64,000 nucleotides of DNA from contig CAWKHF010000007.1 of the NCBI GenBank assembly GCA_963849325.1, positions 416,001-480,000 of the forward strand, read 5' to 3'. The notes beneath the pieces were generated by a model. It saw nothing but the letters and a program-made list of their open reading frames with translations, made no database searches and was not told the origin of the DNA. A program made the position numbers and the translations under genes. Source of the stretch: an uncultured Planctomycetota bacterium. Lineage in GTDB: Bacteria > Planctomycetota > Planctomycetia > Gemmatales > Gemmataceae. Shown here piece after piece: positions 45,701 to 57,009 of the stretch (within the stretch, counting starts at the first letter, position 1; each line of letters starts with the position of its first letter).

Positions 45701-46676
45701 CCGCCAGCATCGACGGTACGGTTCACCTGTGGGACGCGGCCACCGGCCGGCTGCTCCGCGTTCTCCGCGGCCACACCGGCCCCGTCCACTCGGTCGCGCT
45801 GAGCGCGGACGGTTGCCACGCCCTGTCCGGCAGCGCCTTCTTCGTCATCCGCAACGATGGCGAACGTCTCTTCACCTGCGGGCAGCTGAAACTGTGGGAC
45901 ACGGCGACCGGCCGCTGTCTGCCGGCCTTCGAGAGCGAGACCGGCGCCGTGACCGCCCTGGCCCTCAGTGCCGATGGCCGCTACGCACTGACAGGCGGCG
46001 GTCAGTCGGTCATCCAGCGCGACAATGGACGGTTCGTGCAGTCCGGCCTCCTCCATCTGTGGGAACTGTTCACGGGCGGGCGCCTCCGCACTTTCGTCGG
46101 CCATCAGGGCGCCGTCACCTCGGTTTGTCTGAGCTTCGATGGCCGTTTCGCCCTGTCCGGCAGCACCGATGCCACGGTTCGCCTGTGGGACGTTGCCGGC
46201 GGGCCGTGCCTGCGCACCTTCGCTGGACACGCCGACGCCGTCACGTCGGTCGCTTTCAGCGCCGATGGCCGCTACGCTCTGTCGGCAAGTGCCGACCGCA
46301 CGCTCAAGGTGTGGATTCTCGACTGGGACTTGACCGACCGCGAACTGGCGGACTGGGATGAGGAGGCGCTGCCGTATCTGCAATCGTTTCTGTCGCAGCA
46401 CACGCCCTATGCCACTCCGGCGCCGAATCGCAAACGGAGCGTGGCGGAGATGGTACGCTCACCCCTGTCGCGCCTGTTCCAATCCGCGCCGGATGAGGAA
46501 GAGCGCTCCGATCCTTGACGCGGCAGGGACCGCCGGCATGGACGGAGAACGACTTCCAGGTCCTGCTCCGCAAGCTCGGTCATGCGGGTTACGGCTGGTT
46601 GCGGCCCGAAGGCGTTCGCCGGAAACTGGCACGGCTGGCACTCGGCTGGAAGGGGCCATCCCGGACGGAATTCTGA
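42717..46676 (+). CDS. Zn-ribbon / Ser-Thr kinase / TPR / tandem WD40 protein (frameshifts ~43138, 45215, 45675, 46510)
   Basis: CPHC..CLHC; LAVK, HRDVKPGN, DFG, CSPEQ, DIWSWG; numerous GH..WD repeats in two blocks; GYGWLRPEGV tail. Confidence 0.9.
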
Positions 46677-46710
46677 TCCTCTCTCCCTCCCGACACAGGT
46701 TGAGCGAGAC

Positions 46711-47412
46711 TCACGGCTCCTCCGAGCGCAGGCGCGTCCGCTGGGCGGTCGATCCGACTGCTTCTCCCTTGCAACACGAACACTTCATGTCGCGGCACCA
46801 CTCATCCGGTTCGTCCGGGTCGCGCAGGGCCATCGCCTCCATGAACTCGCGGTATCGCCGGGAATACGTACCGTTGAAGAAGACGAGCTGGATGTGCTCC
46901 TCCGCATCAAGGTGGAAACGCAGGCTGTACGGTTTCAGCAGGGCGATGCGGCGGCGCTGCGTCCGTTCTTCCACCCACCAGGACGAACCGCGGCGGGCGG
47001 CGTCCTCGACGCGCGTCATCAAGTCGTCGATGAGCAGGCGGAACTCGCGGACGGTGTTGCCGTTGATGGCCGTCGCCGACACGGGGGCCTGCATGCGCGC
47101 CTTGATGCGCGGTTCCTCGGCTACCCTCCCGCCCCGGTTCCAGGCGGCGATCCAGGCGTTTAGACGCGGCCCCCAGTCCGGCCGGGATGTATCGGTTCGG
47201 ATGAGGATAGCCGGATCCTGGTTGGTCAAGGCGCTCTCCAGGAGCGTATCGAAGGCGTTCGTTTCGACGTAGCTGATGACGGTCGGCTGGATGTCGGGCG
47301 GAGGCGGTTCGTGGTAGGGCCGAGTGACGCGGGTGTTTCGGCAGCTGAGCGCGGAGGCGCAAAACAGGGGCAGGGCCAGCACGAACCATCTTCGGTTCCG
47401 GTCTCGCGTCAT
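46711..47412 (-). CDS. Hypothetical lipoprotein
   Basis: Signal peptide with ALSC lipobox; intact ORF. Confidence 0.65.
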   Translation of the reverse strand: MTRDRNRRWFVLALPLFCASALSCRNTRVTRPYHEPPPPDIQPTVISYVETNAFDTLLESALTNQDPAILIRTDTSRPDWGPRLNAWIAAWNRGGRVAEEPRIKARMQAPVSATAINGNTVREFRLLIDDLMTRVEDAARRGSSWWVEERTQRRRIALLKPYSLRFHLDAEEHIQLVFFNGTYSRRYREFMEAMALRDPDEPDEWCRDMKCSCCKGEAVGSTAQRTRLRSEEP

Positions 47413-47545
47413 CGGGGCCACCTGCGATCGGTCTGGCGCGCACCCTCGCCGCCCGGGCACGGAGATTCGCGCGGGTATCTGCTCAAGGAATGACGCGGCT
47501 ATGTCAAAAAATCGCCGACGTGTCCAGGGCAATTTCGTCGCGCGG

Positions 47546-48286
47546 TCAGCGTTTGCCATTCCAGGCGGGCTGTGTGTACTTGCCGGCGATTAGCTCCTCG
47601 ATCCGTCGCCGTTGATCGGGGGTCCAGTCATCGGGTTGAAGCATCCAGGCTGTCCGCCTCGTGAAATGCTCGGCCACGGCGGCGCAGAGAGATTCGGGAG
47701 AGATGGTCAAACCTGTGAGTTCGCGGATGCCGGGCAAAGCCAGCGCAAACGGACTGGCGGCGAGGAGAATGCCGCCGTGTTGCAGCAGGGCGCCGCGCTG
47801 CTTCCGCTGGGCGCTGCCGGCCACCTTGACCTCGCCGAGGAGCAGATCGCCCGGCGTGTGATGGAGAAAGCAGAGGACGTCGCCGAGCTTTTTCTCCTCG
47901 TCGTCGCCGCAGGCGCGGACGGTCACGCCCCGATCGGCGAAGGCGTCGGTGAGGATGGCGTGCATGCGACGCAGCCAGGATTGGCCGTGTTTCTGCCAGG
48001 GCGCCCCGGCGGGCAGGGCCAGGGCGTAGGTCACTTCGAGATGATGCACCAGGGCCGCCCCGCCCGACGGCCGCCGCACCCAGGCCAGCTCCTCCAGCCG
48101 AGGGTAAGCCCGACGAACCGCCTCGGGCTGAAAGTAGCCGAGGCTGAGTGTCGGTTGCGACCAGCCGTAAAAGCGCAGAGACGCGATGCCGGCGACGGCC
48201 GCCTCCAGCAGCACCTCATCGGCGGCCATGTTCCACGCCCCGTCGGCGACGTGGAAGGGCAACAAGCGACAATGCGGAGGTTGCAT
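47546..48286 (-). CDS. Lipoate-protein ligase / octanoyltransferase (LplA/LipM family)
   Basis: NMAADE, LRFYGW, RRPSGG, KVAGSAQ, LQHG; downstream of gcv. Confidence 0.88.
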   Translation of the reverse strand: MQPPHCRLLPFHVADGAWNMAADEVLLEAAVAGIASLRFYGWSQPTLSLGYFQPEAVRRAYPRLEELAWVRRPSGGAALVHHLEVTYALALPAGAPWQKHGQSWLRRMHAILTDAFADRGVTVRACGDDEEKKLGDVLCFLHHTPGDLLLGEVKVAGSAQRKQRGALLQHGGILLAASPFALALPGIRELTGLTISPESLCAAVAEHFTRRTAWMLQPDDWTPDQRRRIEELIAGKYTQPAWNGKR

Positions 48287-48300
48287 GAATCTAAAACGGC

Positions 48301-48636
48301 TTACGTCGGCCGGCGAAGTTTGACGGCGGTGCCGTAGGCCAGCACCTCGGTCACGCCCTGCGCGAACTCGGTGGCGTCGTAACGCATGGCGAGGATGGCG
48401 TCGGCGCCGCGCTCCTGGGCGTGCTCGACCATGCGGACGTACGCCTCCGAACGCGCCTGTTCGCAGACCTCCTCGTAGGCCTTGATGTTGCCGCCGAGGA
48501 TGCTCGAAAAGGCGCCGCGGATGCCCTGCGTGATGGTCTGCGCCCGCACGACGATGCCGCGCACGATGCCGAGATATTCCTCGATCTCGTAACCTTCCAG
48601 ACTGTTCCCGGTAGTGACCGCGACACGTTTGGCCAT
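48301..48636 (-). CDS. YbjQ (UPF0145) family protein
   Basis: YLGIVRG, GADAILAMRYD, EVLAYGTAV. Confidence 0.9.
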   Translation of the reverse strand: MAKRVAVTTGNSLEGYEIEEYLGIVRGIVVRAQTITQGIRGAFSSILGGNIKAYEEVCEQARSEAYVRMVEHAQERGADAILAMRYDATEFAQGVTEVLAYGTAVKLRRPT

Positions 48637-48701
48637 GATTGCCTCCCAGGTAAAAAGATGAAGCCCCCTGGAAGTTCTTCGTACTTCCGCCTCCGCGCAT
48701 T

Positions 48702-50160
48702 TCATTCGGACGCCGGCTTCCAGCGCAGCAGCGGCTCCTTGGCCGCCTTAACCTCGTCGGGCCGGCTCAGGGCCAATTCGTGCGGCGCCTCGTGCAGGAA
48801 GTCGGCGTCCTCGTCGCGGATGCGGATCAGTGCGTCCGCGAAGGCGTCGAGCGTCTCCTTGCTCTCCGTCTCGGTCGGCTCGATCATCAGCGCCTCGGGC
48901 ACCACCAGCGGGAAATAGACCGTCGGCGCGTGGTAGCCGAAATCGAGCAGACGCTTGCCGATGTCCATGGCGCTGATTTTGCGCTCGCGCGCGCAGTGCT
49001 GCGAGCGCTGGCGACGAACTCGTGCATACAGCGGTCGCCATGCGGCACGTCGTAGATGCCCTTGAGGCGGCTGAGCAGATAATTGGCGTTGAGCACGGCG
49101 TTCTCGCTGACCTCGCGCAGGCCGCGCGGCCCCAGCGTGCGGATGTACAACCAGCCGCGCAGCAGGATGCCGACGTTGCCGAAGAAGCTGCGCACCCGGC
49201 CAATCGACTTCGGCCGATCGTAGTCGAGGTGATAGCGCTCGCCGGAGCGGGCCACCAGCGGCGCGGGCAGGAAGGGGACCAGCGGCTGCGCGCACGGCGA
49301 TGGGACCGGCTCCGGGGCCGCCGGCGCCGTGCGGGCCGGTGAATGTCTTGTGGACGTTGTAGTGCATCATGTCCACGCCGAAATCGCCCGGCCGAGTGAC
49401 GCCGAGGATGGCGTTCATGTTGGCGCCGTCGAGGTACACCAGCGCCCCCTGTTGATGCAGCAACTCCGTAATGGTGGCGATCTGATCGTCGAACAGGCCG
49501 AGCGTGTTCGGATTGGTAATCATGAACACGGCGGCGCGAGTCGTCGAGCTTGGCGCGCAGGTCGTCGAGATCGACGAGTCCGCGTGCGTTGCTCTTGACG
49601 CTGACGGCGTCGAAGCCGGCCAGAGCGGCGCTGGCGGGATTGGTGCCGTGAGCGCTGTCGGGGATGAGCACGCGGGACCGTTTCTCGCCGCGGTCGCGGA
49701 AATACGCCGCCGCCACGAGCAGGGCGGTCAATTCGCCCTGGGCGCCGGCGGCCGGCTGCAAGGAGACGCCGTCGAGTCCGGCGATCTCGGCCAGAATGTT
49801 CTGCATCTCCCACAGGATGCGCGAGCATGCCCTGGCACGACTCGTCGCTTTGCAGTGGGTGCAGGTCGGCCAGGCCCGGCAGGGCGGCGAGGCGCTCGTG
49901 CCGCTTGGGGTTGTACTTCATGGTACACGACCCAAGCGGATAGAAATTGGTGTCGATGGACATGTTGCGATTGGACAGGTTGACGAAATGGCGGACCAGG
50001 TCGATCTCGCCGACCTCGGGCAACGGCGGCGGCGCGTCGGCGAGCGCGTCGGCAGGAAGCAGGTCGCGCCGGCCGGCACGTCGCACGCCGGCAGACGGTG
50101 CGTGCGCCGCCCCGGATGGCTCATCTCGAACAGCAATTCGGTCGATTGGCTTTTGTCCAT
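48702..50160 (-). CDS. gcvPB: Glycine dehydrogenase (decarboxylating) subunit 2 (several frameshifts)
   Basis: [49 protein letters not shown]. Confidence 0.93.
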
Positions 50161-50169
50161 AAACAAATT

Positions 50170-50266
50170 AACCACGGATGAACACAGATGAACACGGATA
50201 AGACAACAAATAATGCCATTGTCCCGGTTGTGTTTTATCTGTGTTTATCTGTGTTCATCTGTGGTT
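50170..50266. repeat. Inverted repeat built from 10-bp units (AACACAGATG-like), overlapping the gcvPA stop
   Basis: AACCACGGATGAACACAGATGAACACGGATAA ... TTATCTGTGTTTATCTGTGTTCATCTGTGGTT. Confidence 0.82.
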
Positions 50267-51652
50267 CCTTTTCTTTCGAGTATGGAGTGGCTCCGTTGGG
50301 AGAGGCGCCGTTCGCCGCGGACCATGCCGACACCAGGCCGTCGATCTCGTCACGGGTCCGTTTTTCCGTGACGGCCACGCTCAGGCACGCCGCCAATTCC
50401 GGATACCAACGACCCAGGTGCAGCCCGGCGTGATAACCCCGATCGAGCAGACGCGCCAGCAGTCCCGGCACCGATTCGTCCACCTGCAGCGTGAACTCCT
50501 TGAAAAACGGACGGTCGAAGCGGAGGCGGACGCCCGGCAGCTGCGTCAGTCGCTCGGCGGCGTAGTGGGCCTTGCGCGTACACAACTCGGCCGTCTCCCG
50601 TAAGCCGTGCGGTCCCAGGGCGGCGAGGTAGACCGTCGCTTTCAGGGCCATCAGCCCCTGGTTGGTGCAGATGTTGCTCGTCGCCTTCTCGCGGCGGATG
50701 TGCTGCTCGCGCGTCTGCAACGTCAGCACCCAGCAGCGTCGGCCGCGGCGATCCGTCGTCTGGCCCACCAGCCGGCCCGGCATCTTGCGGACATACTCTT
50801 CGCGGCAGGCCAGCAGGCCCAGGTAGGGACCGCCATAGCTCAGCGGATTGCCCAGGCACTGCCCCTCGGCGATGGCGATGTCGGCGCCGTACTGGCCGGG
50901 CCGCTTCAGCAGACCCAGGCTGATCGGGTCGAAGCTGACGATGAACAGGGCGCCGGCGTGCGCGAGCGACGTTCGCCAGCGCCTCGGGTTCCTCCAGGCA
51001 GCCGAAGAAATTCGGGTGCTGCGCCACCACGCACAAGGTTTGATCGTCGGCGGCACGCTTCAAATCGTCCGGGTCGAGGAAGCCGCCCGGCGTCGGCAGC
51101 GTTTCGACGCGCAGGTCGAGGTTGGCGATGGTAGGTGGCCAGCGCCTGCCGGTATTCGGGGTGGAGGCTCTCGGCGATGAGCACCTTGTGCCGCTTGGGG
51201 TGGACGCTCCAGGCCATGAGCACGGCCTCGGCCACGGCGCTGCCGCCTTCGTACAGGCTGGCGTTGGCCACGTCCAGGCCGGTGAGCTGGCAGATGAGCG
51301 TTTGAAACTCGAAGAACGCCTGCAAACTGCCCTGGCTGGCCTCGGCCTGGTAGGGCGTGTAGGCGGTGTAATACTCGCTGCGGCCGGCGATGGCGTCCAC
51401 CACGGCGGGGATGAAGTGGTCGTAGACGCCGCCGCCGAGGAAGCAGACAGCGTCGCCCGCCGGTCGATTGCGGCCGGCCAATTGACGCGCCTGGGCCGTC
51501 AGCTCCATTTCGCTGAGTGCCTCGGGTACTCGCAGCGGGCGATTCAGCCGCAGTTGCGGCGGGATGTTGGCGAACAGTTCCTCGATCGAGGAGACACCGA
51601 TGGCCGCGAGCATCGCGCGCTGGTCTTCGGGAGTGTTGAGGACGTAGGACAA
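50235..51652 (-). CDS. gcvPA: Glycine dehydrogenase (decarboxylating) subunit 1 (frameshifts ~51130 and ~50970)
   Basis: TTG start; FLGGG, YTPYQAEASQG, NASLYEG, QTREQHIRREKATSNICTNQ. Confidence 0.93.
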
Positions 51653-51672
51653 GCCAGAACTCCGAAACAGGG

Positions 51673-52383
51673 TCAAGGATTGGCCCCAGGGGGCGGGGAT
51701 TGTTGCTGTTGCTGCCATGCTTGACGAAGGGGGAGGACTCGCTCGCGCGCCCAGCGCTTGATAATTTGGAAGCGGTCCCGTTGATCCGGCACATGAAGAC
51801 TTTGCTGAAGTACCGGCATTATTTCCGATATCGGCAAGTAGGGTAGGGCCGCACTGCGCGGCGATTCTTGATAGGTGCCATCCGATCCAAGGAGGTGAAT
51901 GTGCCATTCTTCTCCGTCGAAGCGCCAGATCTCGGGAAAGCCTAGGCCGGCGTAGACGCCTAGACGATCCAGGCAGCTACTCATGATGTCCACTTCCAAA
52001 GCGAGATCCGGCGGCGGATCACGGTCGAGGTTCAGTGTCTCCCAGTCCCCGACCTTGGACATACTACCGAGGTAAAAACAATCGTCCGGCTCCAGACCGC
52101 GATCTCGGATGCGCCGCCGCAGTGTCGGACCTCCCAGGGCATGAAAGGGAAAATCCAACTCCTGGGCCAAGATGATCATAAAATGTCCGAACCAAACCTT
52201 AATCGTCTCATGGATGAGTAACGGCGACATGAATTCGAGGTTCCCTCGGTCATACGTGACTCGGACGTGCTGTTCGTTCAGCGCCTCGACGATCTTCTCG
52301 TAGGCGTCCCAGCCGATATTCCACAGCACGAAGCGCTGACGCGGTTCCAGCTTGGTCGCAGGTGGTTGGACCAGGATGTTCAT
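51673..52383 (-). CDS. Uma2 / DUF820 family putative endonuclease
   Basis: RVTYDRGNLEFMSP, LEPDDCFY, PPDLALEVD, YAGLGFPEIWRFDG. Confidence 0.9.
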   Translation of the reverse strand: MNILVQPPATKLEPRQRFVLWNIGWDAYEKIVEALNEQHVRVTYDRGNLEFMSPLLIHETIKVWFGHFMIILAQELDFPFHALGGPTLRRRIRDRGLEPDDCFYLGSMSKVGDWETLNLDRDPPPDLALEVDIMSSCLDRLGVYAGLGFPEIWRFDGEEWHIHLLGSDGTYQESPRSAALPYLPISEIMPVLQQSLHVPDQRDRFQIIKRWARERVLPLRQAWQQQQQSPPPGANP

Positions 52384-52407
52384 GGCTTACTTCTCCCGTA
52401 ACCTCGC

Positions 52408-52795
52408 TCAATGCTCCTCTGACGCGATCTGCTGTTGATATTGCTCGTAAGTCATCAGGTGGTCCAGTGTCGTGCCTTTCTCGACCTTGACCTTGATGAG
52501 CCAACCTTTGCCGTAAGGGATCGCTGGAGATCAGCGTCGGGTCCGTCTCCAGCTTTTCGTTGATGGCGAGGATGTCGCCGGTGATCGGCGAATACAGGTC
52601 GCTGACCGCCTTGACGGACTCGATCTCGCCGAAACTGTCGCCGGTGGAGACCGGATCGTCGATGTCGGGCATGTCGATGTAAATGATGTCGGTGAGCTGT
52701 TCCACGGCGAACTGCGTCAGGCCGATGGTGCAGACGTTGCCTTCGAGGCTGGCCCACTCGTGGGTCTTGGCGTAGCGGAGCGTTTGGGGGTCCAT
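52408..52795 (-). CDS. gcvH: Glycine cleavage system H protein (frameshift ~52515)
   Basis: YAKTHEW, IESVKAVSDLYSP (lipoyl Lys), GWLIKV. Confidence 0.93.
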
Positions 52796-52817
52796 GAGGT
52801 TCTCGCTTGTGATCGTG

Positions 52818-52851
52818 GTCGCTTGCGGCTTAGCGCGAAGCCGCAAGCGGC
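52818..52851. repeat. REP-like palindrome family C, full hairpin copy
   Basis: GTCGCTTGCGGCTTAGCGCGAAGCCGCAAGCGGC; half-copies at 2151, 2883, 5881, 7202, 11957, 40967, 63854. Confidence 0.75.
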
Positions 52852-53933
52852 TTATTCCTTAGATCGGCGGTAGAACGGCAGGGCCACGACGCGGGCCGCC
52901 TCCGCCTTGCCGCGCACGTCCACGGTGCAGACGGTGCCCACGGCCATGTGGGCCGGATCGACGTAGGCCATGGCGATGGCCTTGCCCAACGTCGGCGTGA
53001 CCGTGCCGCTGGTGACGCGGCCGATGGCCTGGCCCTCGTGCAGGACCGTCGCCCCTTCGCGGGCGGCGCGGCGGCCCTCCAGCTCCAGACCGACGCGGCG
53101 CGGCAGATGGGTGTCATCGCGGCGGCGACGCAAGGCATCACGGCCGAAGAAGTCGCCCTTGTCCATCTTGACCGCCCAGCCCAGTCCGGCCTGGAACGGG
53201 TCGATGTCCTCGCTCAGCTCGTGGCCGTACAGCGGCATGGCCGCCTCCAGGCGCAGCGTATCGCGGGCGCCGAGGCCGCACGGCTTGGCCCCGCGCCGGA
53301 CTAGCTCCTCCCACAACTCGACCGCTTGCGCCGCCGACGCCAGGATCTCGATGCCGTCCTCGCCGGTGTAGCCGGTGCGGCTGACGACGCAATCCTCGCC
53401 GTGGTAGCGCGTCGGCCGTGGCGTGATAGTAGGCGAGCTGTTCGGCATCGGTCTCGGTCAGACCGCGGCACAAGGCCAAGGCTCGCGGTCCCTGCACGGC
53501 GATCATACAGGTTGTCGTCGTCTGGTCCGTAACATCCACCGATCGGCCATCCTTGTGCCGGGCGAGCCAGTCCACGATCTTGCCGCGATTGGAGGCGTTG
53601 ACGACCATCGCCCAGCCGTCGGGCCAGCGGTAGACCAGCACGTCGTCGCGGATGCCGCCCTGCTCGTTGCAGACCAGGCCGTAGCGGACCTGGCCGTCCT
53701 TCATGGTGGCGGCGTTGTTGGTGTAGACCTGCTGGATCAGGGCCAGGGCGTCGGGACCGGCGAAGGACAGCCGGCCCATGTGGCTGATGTCGAACAGGCC
53801 GGCCGCGGTGCGCACGGCCGTGGTGCTCCTCGACGATGCTGGTGTACTGCACCGGCATGTCCCAGCCGCCGAACTCGACCATGCGGCCGCCGTGCCCGAC
53901 GTGCCAGTCATACAGGGGAGTGCGTAACGCCAT
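52852..53933 (-). CDS. gcvT: Glycine cleavage system aminomethyltransferase T (frameshifts ~53820 and ~53415)
   Basis: [45 protein letters not shown]. Confidence 0.93.
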
Positions 53934-53971
53934 GATCGTCCCTTCGCGGCCCGGAGAAGCAGAACGGGGCA

Positions 53972-54001
53972 AGTCTAATCCTATCGCCCCGTTGCGGTCA
54001 A
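53972..54001 (-). promoter_or_regulatory. Candidate sigma70 promoter for the gcv operon
   Basis: TTGACC-18 nt-TAGACT on the - strand, ~40 nt upstream of gcvT. Confidence 0.4.
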
Positions 54002-54151
54002 GTGCGCCGCTTGCCCCGACGACTATCGTGTATGGTAGGCGCGGCGCCGTCGTTCTCCAAGCGGGTTTGTGCGTCCCAGACCAATGCGGTAGGATGCGGA
54101 GAGGAAGGGATTCTCTTCGCTCGGGACACGGATGGAATAGGAGGGTGAACG

Positions 54152-55325
54152 ATGGAAGTCGGCGGGCCGTTGCTGATCGCCTTCTGGACGTGCGTGTGCC
54201 GCGGTCCTCTCCGGCGCCGCCGAGGCAGAGTTATCGCCCGAGATCCATACCCACGAGCTGCGCGCCCACGTCTATCGTCTCGCCTCGCCGGAGTTTCTGG
54301 GCCGGCGCGGACCGGGAGCGGCCCGAACCTCGCGCCATCTGGCCGCTGCCTTCGAGCGACTGGGACTGAAACCCGCCTTTGGCGATTCGTATTATCAGCC
54401 TATTCCCGCGCTGCTGACGGAAGGCACCAGCAAGGCCAACTTCATCGGCCGCAACGTCGGCGCCATCCTGCCCGGCAGCGATCCCAAGCTCAAGGACGAA
54501 TGGATCCTGCTCAGTGCCCACTTCGACCACCTGGGCAAGCAGGGCGGCGTCCTGTATCCGGGCGCCGACGACAACGCGACCGGCGTCGCCATGCTGCTGG
54601 AGGTCGCCGAGTATTTCGCTCTGACCAAACCGAAGCCGCGCCGCACCATCGTTTTCGTGTCGTTCGATCAGGAGGAGACCGGCCTACGCGGCTCGACCTA
54701 CTTCGCCGCCCATTCGCCGCTGCCGTTTCGCCACTTGAAAGCGTTCCTCACCGCCGACATGCTCGGGCGGTCGATGGCCAACGTCATGGACGAATACGTC
54801 TTCGTGCTCGGCAGCGAGCGTTCGACGCAGCTACGGCGGCTGGTCGAGAAGGTGGCGCCGCCGTCGGGACTGCGCATCGGCCGACTCGGCGCCGACCTGG
54901 TCGGCACGCGCAGCGACTACGGCCCGTTCCGCGATCGTCAGGTGCCCTTCCTGTTTTTCAGCACCGGCCAGCATCCCGACTACCACTCGCCCAGCGATAC
55001 ACCCGACCGCATCGATTACCGGAAGCTGCAGCGCATCAGCGTCTACATCCGCGACCTGACGCGGCGGCTGGCCGATGACGACGAAGCGCCGGCGTGGAAC
55101 GACAAGCCGCTGCCGCCGGACCTGGAGGAGATGCGCACCGTGGCCGTGCTGGTCAACCGCGTCCTCAAGCGACAAGACCTCTATCCGTTGTCGGAGAAGA
55201 AGCGCGAGATGGTGCGGAGCGTGCAGAAGCGCCTGACGACGATCCTCGAGCGCGGCCAGGTCGCGGCGGCGGATCGCACCTGGCTGCTGTGGAACGCTCG
55301 GCTCTTGCTGGTGACGGTGTTCTAA
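54152..55325 (+). CDS. M28 family peptidase (frameshift ~54195)
   Basis: [34 protein letters not shown]. Confidence 0.88.
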
Positions 55326-56686
55326 CGCGGCGGGTTCGTGAACAGACGCTGTTCGATCAACCGCCGCAGCGTTTCGTGGGCGTAATCGTCCATGCCCTCG
55401 CGGCGGCTGCGCCAGACGATTCGGCCCGACTCGTCGAGCAGGACCAGCATGGGGAAGTAATCGGCCTGGAACTGCTCCATCACCGGACAATGTCCGGGTC
55501 CGCCGCCGCTGAGAAGGGTCGTGTAGTTGATGTGGTAACGGCCCCGTACACTCAGCACGCGGCGGCGCTGCTCTTCGACCGGCCCCGTCTCACAGGCGAT
55601 ACCGACCACTTTCAGACCGTAGGGACCGTAGGCCCTCTGCAATTCGACCAGGTAGGGGATGGCTTGCAGGCAGGGTCCGCAGGTGCTGTACCAGAAATCG
55701 AGCAGCACCAGTCGGCCCCGCTGGTCGTGCCGGTATTCCCAGCGTTGCCCATCCACGTCGTTCAGCCCGAAATTGTCCAGCTTGTTGCCGATCAGGACGC
55801 AGAAGGGTACGCGCTGGGTCGGGGTGTGGATGGACAGGGGCGGTTGCGACGGCGTAACCGGCGGCGTCGGCGCCGCTTGCGGTTGGCGTTCGTCGGGCAT
55901 GGACTCCCAGGTCGGCGGCGGAGGCGGCACCGACCACGCCGGTGCCGTCCGATACTGCTGGCCCGGACCCTGAATCTCAACCGTCGGAATCTTCGGAGCG
56001 CGCTGGAACCCCTCGGCGATGTGCGTGGGGTCCGGGCTTCCTCCGAAGCCGTTGCCCGACGTGGGACTGGCCTCGCTCTCACGGGAGGGCGACAGGTTTC
56101 GGCTTGGCGGGATCTTGACGGGCGGATCGAGGTTCGCCGCCGGCGTTCGCTCCTGACCGCTCTCCGTACTCGGTATCGTCTTCTTGCCCGGCACCGCCGG
56201 CGGGTCCGGCACGGGTGGCGTATTCGGCGTGGTGAAGCGCTTGTTGATGCGGATGTATAAAGTCGACTTGGGCGGGATCACGATGACCTGTCCGCTGGCC
56301 AGCTCGTTGCCCTCCTTGGCGCGGGCGATCAACTGGTAATGATGGCCGGGGATCAGGCCCAAAATCGTGAAGAAGCCGTCATCCGTGGTCTCTTTATCGA
56401 CCGGGGCCGCCTTGGACGAATCGTCGTCGAGATCCTTGATCTCGATGCGGGCCTTGACGAGTTTGTCGCTGGAGGTATCGACGACGCGCCCGGCCAACAG
56501 ACCGTTGGCGCCGGGCAGCGGGCCGCCGGTTTCGGAGACGACGGGGGCTTCGCGCGGCGCCGACTTTTCGGAACCCAGGAACGGTTTGGGGTTGGTATTG
56601 TGCGCGGTTTGTTTCTTGCCAAAGAGACTACAGCCCGCCAGTCCCAGGCATACCGTCACCAAAGCCACACCAACCCGGGTGCGCAC
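55322..56686 (-). CDS. Lipoprotein: carboxypeptidase-regulatory-like domain, Pro-rich linker and TlpA/redoxin domain
   Basis: LAGC lipobox; LAGRVVD...DGFFTILGL; LLDFWYSTCGPC; YFP. Confidence 0.82.
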   Translation of the reverse strand: MRTRVGVALVTVCLGLAGCSLFGKKQTAHNTNPKPFLGSEKSAPREAPVVSETGGPLPGANGLLAGRVVDTSSDKLVKARIEIKDLDDDSSKAAPVDKETTDDGFFTILGLIPGHHYQLIARAKEGNELASGQVIVIPPKSTLYIRINKRFTTPNTPPVPDPPAVPGKKTIPSTESGQERTPAANLDPPVKIPPSRNLSPSRESEASPTSGNGFGGSPDPTHIAEGFQRAPKIPTVEIQGPGQQYRTAPAWSVPPPPPTWESMPDERQPQAAPTPPVTPSQPPLSIHTPTQRVPFCVLIGNKLDNFGLNDVDGQRWEYRHDQRGRLVLLDFWYSTCGPCLQAIPYLVELQRAYGPYGLKVVGIACETGPVEEQRRRVLSVRGRYHINYTTLLSGGGPGHCPVMEQFQADYFPMLVLLDESGRIVWRSRREGMDDYAHETLRRLIEQRLFTNPPR

Positions 56687-56908
56687 GGCCTGGCCCTCGA
56701 ATTGGGGACAGCGGACAACACGTCACAGGGGCCGCGGCTTCCCTCCCAGCCTCTCGACGCGCGGGCTTTCCCCGTCCAGGGGATACCGACAGCCAAGCGA
56801 TTCTTCCCGCGCCCCGCTCCGCGGTCAAGACGGATTCCCGGCGCGGTCCCCGGGGCAGGGCCAACAACCTGGGCGTAGACGGTAAAACACACAAGGTCCA
56901 GCATCCTT

Positions 56909-56972
56909 GTTTAGCCGCGACGCGCAGCGGAGCTCGGGGCCAACGCGGCTCCGCTGCGCGTCGCGGCTAAAC
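56909..56972. repeat. REP-like palindrome family A, copy 2
   Basis: Same 25-bp arms as 33347 with a different 14-nt loop. Confidence 0.88.
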
Positions 56973-57009
56973 GAATGCTCGGGAGGATTTCGACAGAGCA
57001 AAACCGTTT

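Noticed and set aside
44260-46330. Regularly spaced DNA repeats (GCCCTGTCCGGCAG..., CTGTGGGA) resembling a CRISPR or tandem array
   Set aside because: They are the coding WD40 repeats of the kinase (about 126-bp period), with no unique spacers and no cas genes
50170-50266. Short direct repeats as a mini-CRISPR
   Set aside because: The 10-bp units have no spacers and form an inverted repeat
53934-54151. Glycine riboswitch upstream of gcvT
   Set aside because: No recognisable aptamer motifs, and a candidate promoter lies only ~40 nt from the start codon
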